Assembly (NCBI GenBank): GCA_907165135.1
Contig: OU015566.1
Location: forward strand, 5,270,001-5,334,000
Direction of reading: 5' to 3'
DNA: 64,000 nucleotides
From: Oikopleura dioica
Lineage: Eukaryota; Animalia; Chordata
Numbering within the stretch: position 1 is the stretch's first letter; every line of letters begins with the position of its first letter. Below, one piece after another: positions 45,439 to 57,800 of this stretch. A program made the translations under genes and the position numbers. The notes beneath the pieces were generated by a model. That model worked only from the letters and a program-made list of their open reading frames with translations. It ran no database searches and had not been told where the DNA came from.

Positions 45439-46186
45439 CCTGAAAAACTCAAACTGTCAATTCGATATTTCCAAAAAAGTGCGAATACTGGTGGCAATAC
45501 GTTTTTTGTGGCTCTTTGTGGCAGATAGGGCCCCGAATGGGGATCGGGCACCTCCGCCGCGGGCGCTCCATTGCGAAAATTCCGCAGTACACCGCCGCCG
45601 TATAATTTTTCACAGTTTTTTCCAACAGAAGAAACCGCACATTTTCCCGCAGCAAATTCAATTTTTCTTTTAAAAATGTTTTGACGGAAAAAGGAACGGC
45701 CAGGTTTTTAAGAGCAGCGGGGAGGAATAACGTGAGCTGAAGTAGCATACGTTCTATTTTGTATAAATATTTTTGATGCCCAAGGGCTTCGAGTTTCAGA
45801 CAGGATTTATCTTGAGATTTTCATCAAAAACGAATATTTTCATAAATAGTTTTCTAAAAATTTGAAGACAAATTAACTTTTATTTTTTAATTTTTTATTA
45901 AAATCATTCGTAATCTAAATAAAGAAAAAAAAGCTTACCAATAATTCATTTTTCTCTTAAAAGAGTCGGTCATTTTCACTTCCGACCTTATGGCTCTCTC
46001 AACCTCTTCGATGCGCATTTTCGCAGCGGTTTCTGTCGCGGTTTGAGCCCGCTTCGACCGCTTTCAAAACGAGACTGACAAATTGTAAAAGACTAATTTG
46101 TTATTTTTGAAAGAGCGCGGATGCAACGAAAAAGACGAAAACCCGTTTTTATCGAAACTGGGCGACCGTCTTTTCGAACCCGGGAA

Positions 46187-49100
46187 TTAGCCGGGCGACA
46201 GGGGGACGTCCTTAGTTCCTAAAAATAAAGAACTCGCTATCCGATTTCGAGTACTGTTCGTTTTTTAAAGCAGAAAAGTGAAAACTTAGGCGAGAGAGCT
46301 TCGAACTTGGTGAACTTTCTCCGAAAAACCCTCGACTTTTCATTTTGAAGAAAAATATTAATTATCGGTAAAAAATAAATTTTTTTAATTTTCTTTCGGT
46401 GATTTATAAATTTTAAAATTGAAAATCCGTTCATAAAAATGTAAGAATTTATCCATTCCTTCGCGTCGTCCACAAACAGGGCAGCAATCCTGATCATTCT
46501 TGCATTCCTTCCCATCCGGGCAACCTTTTTGCTCAATTTCAAGACATTCAAAGGAACAGTCCTCAAATGCTTGACACTTTTCCTTTAGACAGGTCCATCC
46601 AGGCCCGATCGTTTCGCAGAAAAATTCGCAGTCATTTGCTCGAACGCAATTTCCATTTTTTCCAACTGGGCACCTGTACTGCCCCTTGTATGTTCCGATA
46701 CTTGTGCAGTCAATTTCCGGGCACAAAGTGAGGGAACCAAGACCAGAGCAATCAGCGAGGTCGAGGCAAGGAGGGTTCAAACAGTCCATCTCGCAGGGAC
46801 ATTCAAATATATTCTCACATTTGTACTCCCCTGCAATTTGAGTGGGTACGCACTCAAGACTTGGATGATTGCAGTTGTGGAGACCAGTCGAACACGGGTC
46901 AATGATTTCGCAAGAAATGCCATCAGAAGACAAGAATTTAGTAACACCTTCATCTGGACACTCGCAAAAAGCGGAATCAAATGCATTTCTACAGACAGCC
47001 GGGGCAATACAAGGATCGTCTACTTCGCAGGGTGGAGTTGGATCGACGCACTTTTCGATGCCGAATTCAGTGATCAGCGAACTTCCATCATCAGGACATT
47101 TGCACTCGTACTGAGCCGTGGCCGGATTGGCACACAGGGAATTGCCACAAATCGTGGTGACTTCTTCTGATTTGAAGCAAAAAGTCGCGTCCATTCCAGC
47201 TGGAACTGAAGAAAAAGCAGCCCATTTGCCGTTGCTCGAATTCATAATGAATTGAGTTTGATTATTTTTCATCTTTGTAAATGCTTGATGATACGTCAGT
47301 CCATCAAAGTTGATGAAGCCGTTTGGATCGGCTGTATTATTTGCGATCGGCAGAGCACTTTCGGAAGGAACTAGCGCGCCAGAGCTAGTCGAATAGAGCG
47401 TTTAGATCAGTCCTATCATGAGACGCAATCCAGGAGTAGCCGCTTGCTGCTCAATCAGTCGTGCAAGCCAGAAATCATTGGCATCGGCATTGTATGGGTA
47501 AACCAAACTCATACCGAATTGAGAGCAGGCATTTTTCACCTCGTCAAAATCTGAAAAATCGCCGCTTGTTTTCTTCACAACAGCAAAATTGTATCTCCTG
47601 TCAAAATGAGATCCAAGTGCAGGATTAAAAAATCCAGGAAGAATTGCCTCTTTCCAGTAATCTCCTGTGTACAAGTCATCATCAAAACTGTCTTCCCCAG
47701 TGTATCGATAGCACATTGGATGCGTGGTGTCTTCCGGGTCCACGAAAGTTCCGCTTGTAACAGACGGGTTTAGTTTGCCAGTAGTTTCGCATTCGAACCA
47801 GTTTAGTGAAATCTTCGATAATTTCAGATGCTTCGAGTGAAATTCTAGAGTGATTCGCGAGGTGACAACAGGACCGGATTTCGATTTGAAAATGAAGGAT
47901 CCAGGGTTGAAAGGATTCTGAAAAGCTTGGATTTTCTCGTCAGCGAGAAGTAAGTACATTTGATTGTATTGAAAGACTGGGGTTTGGTCCGGAAGTTCAT
48001 CCCATTTACTGTCACTGAGATTGGCTCGAGGAAGACTGAGTGTATCACCGTAAACAGTTAGCTCGAGATAATCGAAGAGAACCTTTCGCAACTTGTTTTT
48101 CTTTCCCCCTTCGATCGAGTAAATCTCAATCAGCTGGGGAGACTCAGTAATTCCACATGCTTGATCGAACTGGTAAAATGTGTACGGGCTATTGTCAAAC
48201 AGGCGCGGTAAATCAGAGATGTCTCGGTCGCCGTAAGTTTTGACCTTGAAATCGTGGAATGCGCCAGTCGAATTTCTTGACTCAAACATCACGAAATCAG
48301 ATTCCAATGCATTCAGTAGCAAAATCGAATCTTTTTGAATATTCTGTCCAGTGAACTCGAACCGTTCCATTCCTTCTTTCGGATTTGTCGTGCACGGGTT
48401 TTCAGTGGGCGGTTCTTTGTGAATCACTTCAATTTTCACACAGTTTCTATTACTTGGTCGCTCAAAAACATCGTAACAAAGGCCGCAAACTGTGTGCAAG
48501 CCGACTTGTTCTACAGTTGGAGTCCAATTACACGTCGCAGTGCCATCTTCTCGCAATTCTGTGCAGGTCATCCCATCGGGGAGGGAGAATTGAGCGCGAT
48601 GGACTGTCGTGTAGTAATTTCCTTGAAAAAGGAAGCGAGCTGCCCAGACTTGGTAGTAGGAAACTGTCGCTTCGTAAATCAACAAGGACTCATTGGGCGG
48701 AGTCGGTGGAACCCAGAGTGGCAGGCCATCGCAATGATCAGTATTTCTCGGCTGGAGTCTGATGTTCGGCCTGTACTGATTCCATTCTATTAATTTATTA
48801 TCGCCATTATCTTCGCCGTGCCTTCTTCTTCTTCGATTAGTGACTGTAAATGGAGTGTCTAAAAGCGACTCGTCCATATCCGGAGTGAAAACCTGCGCGA
48901 TAAAAACCGCTGGGACGGAAGATTTGATATTGCCATTGTCGTCGAAATCTTCGACTTGAACAGCAATAGGTTTGTAGCCACCACCATTGTCGTGCTCAGG
49001 GTGATAAGTTACCGCACAGCTGGTTGAATTGAGAGAAAGCTGATTGAGTGGCCAGTGGGTTATGCTGCCGCCATGGTTTTTGTAGCCTTCCTTGTCGTGC

Positions 49101-49747
49101 GCGAAAAATGAAGCTTCCTCAAGTGTTGACCATCTACAGATGATTTGGTCGCCGTCCGGGTCCTGCGGCGTCAAGTAGTAAGTTTGCTCCTCGCAGCCGT
49201 CGATGATCCACCAAATCGCGGGGAGCTCGAATTGAGGAGAATTGTTGTCGTACTCGTAGACATGCGCCGTATATTGATATTTGCCCTTTCCGGTGTTACC
49301 GTTGTCGTGAGTTAAAAACACTGTCCATCCTTCGTTATGAAAGCCGTTTGTCATTGTGAACTGGTTTCCCTCAACTGCTGCTGGGAGCGCCTCATCGAAA
49401 GTTTTTCCGTAGCAATAATGCTCATTATCAGGGAGGGAGCTACTTTTCTCGATCTGCAGCAGTTCGTATTTTACGAGTTTTGCCTTTGCAAGGTTCTCTT
49501 CGTTCTTATCGACAACCCCGATTGGCAGGTAGAAATTCTTGTGGCTAAGTATCTTGCCTGATGTTTGACCAATGTCATCTTCGTCGCATCCTTCTTTTCC
49601 CCAGCCAGCTAAATATCGACGAAAGCCGACTGTTCTCGTTACACTGACGACTCCGTCCTCGTCTTTTTTAAACTGCAAACTTCCTGCTCTGAAATGCTCC
49701 GCCTCGACTGCTCTTCTGAGAAGCAATAAAAAAAGAAAATGGTTCAT
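46187..49747 (-). CDS. Secreted mosaic protein: HFRxG 'Sib/integrin-beta-like' N-terminal region, discoidin-like domain, C-type-lectin-like domain, EGF repeats, Cys-rich tail; in-frame TAA at 47402-47404
   Basis: ORF 47402-49747 (signal MNHFLFLLLLRRAVEA, then HFRAGSL; NNSPQF...C...LTPQDPDGDQIICRWS...YKPIAVQVEDFD...SSVP) and ORF 46385-47272 (EGF repeats) are in the same frame, separated by one TAA and 43 open codons. A terminal exon at about 46220-46187 is tentative. Confidence 0.75.
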
Positions 49748-50089
49748 TTCAAAACATGGAAATGCTCTCTCGATCTGGTGAAATAAGACCGATTGAGAGA
49801 CAAGTTGAATTCTGAGATTTTCGGAGATAATTCCCGGGATTTTACGGAAAAAACATCGGTCTAATCAAAGCAGCAACGAGCATTATCAAAACATTTATTG
49901 CAATTGCAGACGTGGATTCACTTGAAAAAGTTCGATTGAAATATCAAGTTGACGACTTTCGCGCGTTTCCAACAAAATTTACATTTCCGGCCAAAAGAAG
50001 TGATTATGAGAACTGATAATTGTTTTTTTTTCTTTCAGAGTAAGTCTTCAAAATGCCAGATTTTCCGTCATATTTGACTCTCGATTGAC

Positions 50090-50776
50090 TTGAATACCAA
50101 ACCGGCTTCGAGTAATCCTAGAGAGCGATGTTCTGACGAGCAAGGAGCATTAAGAATAGCTCTTTTAAAAGATTTACTCTATAACGAGCAGAGTTTTTAC
50201 CAAAGAGTAGAAGTTCATTTTGCTTTCTTCAAGGGACGGATCATACATTTTCTAATGCGATCAAGTCTCGAGGAAGAGAATAACCCCCCTGAAGAAAAGA
50301 CTCCAAGAAAATCAAAAACTGGGCCACTGGCGAATGTAAAATGCTTGGAGTGTCATTGTGTCGGAACAGTTATGAAAAGAAAGGATGAAGTAGTTCTCCG
50401 TCCGAATACTGTTAAAAAGACGCTTTTTGATCTCGGTGGAGGGTTTTTCATGCCGAAAGTGAATAAAGTGAAACCGACAGTGAAGATTGTCAATAAGAAA
50501 GCAAAGGACTTCGTTGAAGGCTTCAATCGAACCGTCGAAAACGTCGAAAATGACAGAGGAATATTCAAAAGATCAACAAAAAGAGTCCGAATTTTTCGAG
50601 AAAAAATCACTAGAGGAATGGAGAATACTAGACCCAGAAAGAAAATGAAACTGCCAAAAATGATTCAGGCGGAAATGGTGAAGACACCAGCACCTGATAA
50701 ATTTATCGGCTGGTTTTCAGACGAGTTCGAAGAACATGCTTTTTGGAAGTCGAAAAAACGATTTTCGCTTCAGTAA
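50090..50776 (+). CDS. Hypothetical basic (K/R-rich) protein
   Basis: 228-codon open frame with a CLECHC motif; no recognisable family; true start unclear. Confidence 0.4.
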   Translation: MNTKPASSNPRERCSDEQGALRIALLKDLLYNEQSFYQRVEVHFAFFKGRIIHFLMRSSLEEENNPPEEKTPRKSKTGPLANVKCLECHCVGTVMKRKDEVVLRPNTVKKTLFDLGGGFFMPKVNKVKPTVKIVNKKAKDFVEGFNRTVENVENDRGIFKRSTKRVRIFREKITRGMENTRPRKKMKLPKMIQAEMVKTPAPDKFIGWFSDEFEEHAFWKSKKRFSLQ

Positions 50777-50830
50777 GTTTATTAAACGTAAAATTTTAAA
50801 TATAACCGGTATTTTAGTGGGAACAAGACA

Positions 50831-52090
50831 ATGCGACAATTCATAGTTTACATGGCATTTGGTTGCTTCTTTTGGGGAAGCATCGTCGGCATAAGTATTC
50901 TTCTTTATTTTTCAAAATAAGATCGAAATTTCAGCAAACTACTATTCCTTCCTTGAATCTCAAATTCAACCAACATATTTGACGAACATTTGCCAGCTCG
51001 GATTCAAGAAATGCATCAAAACGAACGAAATGGACTACTGTGCGCACTTGCTTCATGGTTGCATTGGAACCGGAAATTTTACTCAACCAGATGCGGCTTC
51101 TTTACCAAATAGGGTGACTCAGCCAGCGTTAACTTTTACGGATAGAGAAAATGAGATCAATCAAGTTCGATGCAAGAAAAAAAAGTTCTATGCCATGGTT
51201 TTTTAATGTTTTGTGTTTTTATCATCTATTCTCAAAAAACTAAAAACCTTGAAAAGATAGATTTATCTGCCGGCATTTGTGCTCTCAATCTCTTGTCTTG
51301 GAGTCAACAAAGAATAAGGCGTTCAACAACTGCGAAGAAATCTGCTTTGAATTGACGAGATCGCACAATTTTGCTGGAGAAATTTGTCCTTTTGAAAAAT
51401 ATTGCAATGGAGGATGTCCTTGTCCGTTTTATCAGTGTGAGAAAATCGAGAATGAGAAAACGCTTGTTCCAGTATGGGATTTGAAGACGCCCGAGGTTAT
51501 TCAAGGAAAGCTGACAAAATTTAACGAAAAAATTAGCTCGAGTATCGTTTTGCCAGCTTTTTGAGCTCCCGAGACTCGACAGTTGATAACAAAGAGACTA
51601 GACAATCGCAGGGTTTTGTATAAAAAGTATCCGATTATTTTTTCTGATCTTAGAGGGAGAACTGAAGTTCTCATGGACGACTTTCTAGCGACAAACTTTT
51701 TTCCTTATGAATGTTTTCGATCTTTTGACAGTCAAATTGCACTGAAAATGAGAGAAAGCTTTGAAAGTCTACAGGTGCCACTTTTCTCAATGGCGAGCAC
51801 TTTTTGGTCGATGCACTTGGCAATCTGATGAAACTCAAGGAAATGGGCGATTCTTCGATATTCATTCCAAACAGACGCAGAACAATGTAAGTACACTTGT
51901 ATACACTTGTTGATAATATCGCCATATTTTTTCAAAAGTGGTTTCTTCGTTTTTCATTACGGGTCGTCAATCGGAACTCATCGAATCGAGATTCGAAACG
52001 AAGAAAAGGGGATCAATGTGTTTCCAGTTGTCGTCATTTGAAAAGGGTCGAAAAATATTCTCCTAACATTATTATTATTTATTGACAATA
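50831..52090 (+). pseudogene. Disrupted member of a Cys-rich secreted family (CPxxxYCxGGCPCPxYxC motif)
   Basis: Fragments ICQLGFKKCIKTNEMDYCAHLLHGCIG and CEEICFEL...CPFEKYCNGGCPCPFYQCEK..LVPVWDL are interrupted by stops and frame changes that I could not resolve by splicing. Confidence 0.45.
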
Positions 52091-52094
52091 ACTT

Positions 52095-54528
52095 TTGACC
52101 CTTCAAAGTCGTCCAACAGACAGAGCAGACAAATGCTACTACTACGCTCCCGACTACAATTTGCGCCGTTTTGAAGAAGCACAGGGTTTCATCGCCAGCA
52201 ACCACCTTAACGCAAAAGTCTCCTCACTCAGCTTCAAAGGAGTGTTTTACTTGATGAGCGTCAAACTGGGTGAACATTTCATCAAGTTGTCGACAACGCT
52301 TGCGTTGAACTCAATAAGAAAAAGCGAAGAATTGGAGAAAGGATGGAAGAAAGGCGACTTTGGAGTTCCAGTAGAACTCCGAGACTTGGATCTTGTTCAC
52401 GTGGTTCCTCTGGAATGGGGTTAAATTTCTAACCTAGCTTTTCTATAAAGAAATATTGTGGAAATTAATTGCCATATTCAAACCCAAGAAAGACCGATTT
52501 AGACAAGTTCATACTTATTCTTGTGTCAAGAAGAATCGATCTCTCAAACACCCTTTACTCGGTGATGTTAGAGGAAGAAGGGAAGTTCTTGACTCTCGGT
52601 CGCGAGTGGATTGGTTCGCTTGATAAATACCAAGAACATTCTGTTTGTTATTCAAAAATGTTTGAAAACGATGGCAACTACACAGACCTTCAGGGTTTCA
52701 ACAATGACGAATGCGAGTACTTTGGAAACGGAATCGCCAATGATGAAAAAATCTTCATCCACAATTATGTTTTCGATTTTTCATTCGAGATCAAATTTCA
52801 CTTCGGAAAGGATTCAATTATTATTTTGCGTTATTCAGCAATTCATCCATATAATTTGTATCCTTCGTAGACGCCGTCGAGCTCGAATTCGTCCAACAAC
52901 CGGCGAAGAAACAAATGCACGTGACCAGCAATCCGTTCTTTGCGTTCCATGATGATGTTTTTCCTGCTTTTGACAAAAACTCTGTCGGCCAGCGGCCATT
53001 TCCAGCCAATATTTACTCCACGACAATTGTTCCTGATAATTTGTTTTCCTCACTTGAAGAATTAAAACATATCTCAACTGTCGAGCTGAGACTTGATGGA
53101 AGCGATAGTTTTCAATTAGAGATCGACTTTCGGGAAGATTCAGCTGTTTTGAAGGAAACGAAAATTCTTGAGTTAATTTTCTTTGATGCTACGAGTCTCT
53201 TCAGCATCGGAAATTTCAAAAATGGTTCTCTTTGGATCGAGTCAGACTTTCACGATAAACGGTTCATTTTGCAGTCAAATGCTGCGAAATCGACAGAATT
53301 GACTCTTCATTTTAAGACATCTGATTCAACAAAATCATTTAAATTAAGCGTTCTCGAGGAACAGTTAAATTTTAGAGAATGAGTGGGGCTTCCCAACTTG
53401 GAAAGGCTCAAATATTTTAACTCGAGAAAGATCTCAAGAGAGAAGAAGAAAAAGAAAATTGCTTACTCAGAACTACCGATGGTCGGCCTTGAAAACGTAA
53501 AGAACAAAAAAATCCGGATTTTCAAAACTGATCGACGCTCGAGACTGAAACATTTTTTCTCAAAATCTAAGAAGAAAAGTGCGATCTTGATTATGGGCTG
53601 GGACTTGCATAAAGCATTCGCAATTTCTTTCGATGGATTGACAAAAAGGGCAGCATCGATCGAAGCACCAAGTGTTAATTATCTTCAATATGCTCATCAT
53701 GCTCTTGTTAAAAATGAGCTCTTCGTTTTTGGCGGAATAGATGAAAAACGAGTAGGAAAAAATAAAAAAAATTGATACTATCTGTACTTAGATAGCGAAA
53801 CTCGAAAAATGCGAGTGGAAAAAACTATCATCTCGATTGCTCTTTGAATATGAATCTGGCTCAGCTGCACTTTCAATTGAAAAGGGAGAGAAGGCATTGA
53901 TTTGCTTTGATAATTGGTACAACAACAAGTGCGAAGTTTTTGATGGGGAATCTTCGCACGCAACTTCCACTTCAAAGTTTCGACATAGGGCTGGCAAGCT
54001 CGGCTTTTACAAAGGAAAGCCAACGACAGTTGGAGACTTTTATGGCTCTAGAAATAACAAAGTTGAGAGTCTGGACTCTAATGGCTGGTCGTCTTTATCC
54101 GATTTTCCTGAAAGGTCTTTGAACAAAATAATTTCTTTCTTAAAATATTTAAAAGTGAAACAGCTTATCATGTTTTGATGGGCCTTCCGAGTGGGAGTCT
54201 TTTACTCGCCGGGGGAACAGGTTATTTGAAAGGTAGTCAATCAGCAATTTGGCTTCTTCAAAACGACATCTGGAAAAAAATCGGCGATCTTGAAAACGTA
54301 AATTTAAAAAAAATCAAATCTGAATTTAGTTTCCTTTAGCCTGACAGTAGTGGATCCGCTATAATGATCAAAAACTCAATTTTTATTGTCTCTGGAATGG
54401 AGGCTCCTTTTGAAATTGAGCGACTTGACTTTGAAGAAGACGAAATGCTTAATCAAAGAGTTATCGAATATACTGACAAAAGTATGATGCCTGTTCTGTA
54501 TGAGGTCCCTGTCGACTACTGTGTCTGA
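52095..54528 (+). pseudogene. CTL-like + CUB-like + Kelch/galactose-oxidase-like beta-propeller gene carrying an in-frame TGA (53380-53382)
   Basis: CYYYAPDYNLRRFEEAQ and HSVCYSK...ECEYF (lectin-like), a beta-rich segment at 52915-53379, then ALVKNELFVFGGIDEKR|IAKLEKC...ALICFDNW..KCEVFDG...LGFYKGKPTTVG...GWSSLSDFP...LLLAGG...IWKKIGDL...FIVSG...PVLYEVPVDYCV*. C-terminal exons splice cleanly. Confidence 0.55.
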
Positions 54529-54863
54529 AAAGCTGTAATAGAAATCACTAAGAACAGCTTTTTCACCTTATTTTCTTAACTTGACCAGAAATTAATTAAA
54601 TATGGACTAAAATGTAGTACTGTTATTTTTTATTTACAGCGAATGTATTTTTCATGGCAGGAATAGTGAAAGTCTTTTTAGATTTTTATCGTTTTGAACA
54701 AAAGAGGTATTTGCTGCTTCGTACAAAAGTTAGTTTAAAAGATAGTACTGGAAGTAAAGTAGATACAGTGTTTTAGTAGATACAGACTTGACCTTGGTTT
54801 GTGAACTTTTTCATTTTTGGGATAGGTCAGTTTAATTAAGAAGTCTAAAGAGTTATGTTACGG

Positions 54864-57800
54864 CTACGATGTCGTAGTTGCTTGACTGGAAGAGGGAGTG
54901 TTTTTCAGGATGGATTTCTGTCTTCGCAGAGCTGAGCCCGCGTCTAGATCCGTGCTCAGACTAGCTTCTTTCTCGATGCTTGGAATGACATCTGGAACGA
55001 CGATTTCTGCTGTAGACTTGAGGGTAGAGCGAGCAGTTGAGGCTAGAGTTCCATCTGCTTGATCGTGCCAGATGATTCTAGTGCGGCGCGTTCCTCCTTC
55101 TATGAATCAATTACAATCATGAATCGAAGTATTTTCTCTTACCAGAAATTGTGTCGGCTTCTTGAGGAAGTTTCTGTTTTCGAAGCTTTTTGTTGGCCTT
55201 TTTCGCTTTTCTTCTGAGCAACTCGCCGTCGGAGTCGGAGTATCCGTCGGATTCAGACATGCTGTCCGAGGATTTTACCCGGCCGATGGATTGGTGCTTC
55301 ACTTGGTACATTTTTTCTTCGTGGCGATCGAATCTAAAAATGAGGAATGAAAATCCGATGATTTAGTTGTAAGCTCACCGTTCTGATGGAGGCTTGGAAG
55401 TGTCTGAAGAAGTAGTGCCAGTGTTATTCAAGTACTTATGCGTATGAACCATCGATCTATTCCCAGTCACCATCGTTGCATTTTTGAGCTGTTCCTGGCG
55501 TTCTTTCTTCGTCCGCTCCAGTTGCCAGGCTCGTTTCACTTCTGCGGATCGAAGAACATGAGCGACGAGGATGAACAGCGAAACGGCAAGGTGGAGGATG
55601 CAAGTGATGATGTAAAGAACTGGCGAATTGAGGTTAACCGCGGCGAGGCTGCTGGCCCAGGCGAAGAGTAAAACTGGTGCGAGGAATGAAAGTAAGCGGA
55701 TGTCACGACGGACTTCTTCCTTGATGATGTCAACGCGCTTGACGGTCAAGTACTCGCGGATACTCATAACCAATCCGGAGCAAGTAGCGATGAAAATCAG
55801 ACAAACAGGCACAATCATCGCACCAACCAGGGGATCAGAAGAATCGAGCCAGCAAAAACGTGCGTTTCCGTACCCGGCTGGCTGGAGACCAACAGAGGTA
55901 GCGACAATGATTGCTGGAACACCAAAACCAAGGCCGTAGTAAAACTGAACGGCTTGGCGATCAGCTCGTTGAGCAATTTGAAATTGAGGCTGAGCGAGGC
56001 GGCGATAAAGGTGGAATGTTTCGAGCGCCACCCATGTGAACACGGCGAGGTAGAAGTAGTGGAGACCGATGGAGACGATCATACAGCTGTATTCGTTCTC
56101 CGTCTTGTCGATTCCGAGCAAAAATGTCACGTGCAGGAAGATAAGGCAAATGCTGAGTGCGTTGTGAAGATGAGCCTGGGCAGAGCGAACTTCGCTGAGG
56201 CAAGAAAAGACCCCCGCGCAGCCAGACAAGATGGCGATGGTGATCGAGAGCAAAACAATGCAAATGGTCTTCAATGGATTCATATTGAAAACAGACTCTT
56301 CGCCCTCGTCCATCAGAATGGCAAAGGTAGACAGATGGGCGCAGCTACAGTCCACATGCGTCCGGTTTTCCACAATGATGTAGCAACCATGCGGGGACCA
56401 GGCGTCGATTTCCGTGTGCCAGAAAACACATTGGGGACGGGAGCGACCTTCTGACTTGAGCAAACGGAAATGAATTCGAATCGGCTCATCCGGAATGGAC
56501 TCGAGAACCGTGAAGTTCTCATAAAGCGCGATGGAGATGATGGCGGAGTTGATAACTGGATGCGGAGGAATTTTGAAGCCTTTCTTTTCAGGAGCGAATT
56601 TGAGCGGAAGAAGCGAGGCTAGTCTTCTAGAAGTGAAAACTGAGCTTGCTCGTGGAACATCGCCCGCGAGCTTGGAAGCGTCGAAATAGATCATCGCGTC
56701 GTCGGAAGGAATGATTTCGTTGGAAGTGCCGTTGATCGCCAAAAACGCCAAATCGTCGCCAGAATCGATCGGGTGCTTTGCGCTGATTTTGGATGTAAAT
56801 GTCCTTGGTAAATTGGCGGCGATTGTTTCGGCATAAGCGGCGAGAGCGTTGAGAAGGTGGACGGCGGCGAGTGGGTCGAGCGATTTCCACTCTTCGTCGC
56901 TGAGGTGGATCATTCTTGCGCTAGCTGCAAAGAGGTGTTTTGAAAAATCGGTACTGGAGGTCATTGACAAGTCATAGCCGGAATGCGAGTTTTGGAAAGC
57001 GAAATTTTCTAGCAGCAGCTTAAAAGCGACTTGAATATCCCGACCGAAGAGAGTTCGTTCATCGGGGTCTTCTAGAGCCAGGAAGAGATGCTCGGCGAGG
57101 TTGACAGCTTTCTGCGTGGACAAGTTTCTGTTGTTGGACTTGAGCGCGCGCTGGAAACGAGCCAGTTCGCCGAAGCGGTCTGATTGGCAATTATCGAGAT
57201 CTGGCTGAGCCCAGCCTAACCGAGTGCAATCTCTTGTCGCTAATCCAGAGCTGCCAGCTGGACACTCGGTCGTTACAGTGGCGCCGTACTTGACTCGGTC
57301 CCAAACGACGTTTGCTTCTGAGTTTCGAGGGCATACTTCTGAGCCGAGAATTTCGCAGCCCTTGAGCGTCACTTCTGCGAACTGATTCGAGCATTTGTCG
57401 CATTGGCGGCCGAACACTCCCCTGCGGCAAGAGCACGCGCCTGTTTCATCGGAGCAAGTTGGTGATTCTGCTCCAAGTCTATCGCAATTGCAAGGGACGC
57501 ATTTCCACGGCTGATCTTTTGGGCGGTAGTAGTTGTCTTTGCACTTGCAGTCGTTTATGTCTTCAGAACAAGATTCGGCAAAACCAAGTTCTTGAGTGCA
57601 ATTGCACGGTCGACAAGAGCCAGGAACAGAACCAGACCAGCTCTTTGGACAAGAAGATTGACGTTCGCAAAACTTGCCACTGAATTCAGTTGGACAGCTG
57701 CAAGTGAAGCCGTCTTTGCCCAAAGGCTCGCATTTTCCTCCGTTTAGACAAGGATTGACAGAGCAAACACCAGAGCAATTCGGCCCGAAGAAACCGTCTT

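Noticed and set aside
47402-53382. Stop-codon recoding (TAA/TGA read as amino acids) to explain two in-frame stops
   Set aside because: Neighbouring genes terminate normally at TGA, TAA and TAG; isolated nonsense changes, errors or a small intron are simpler.
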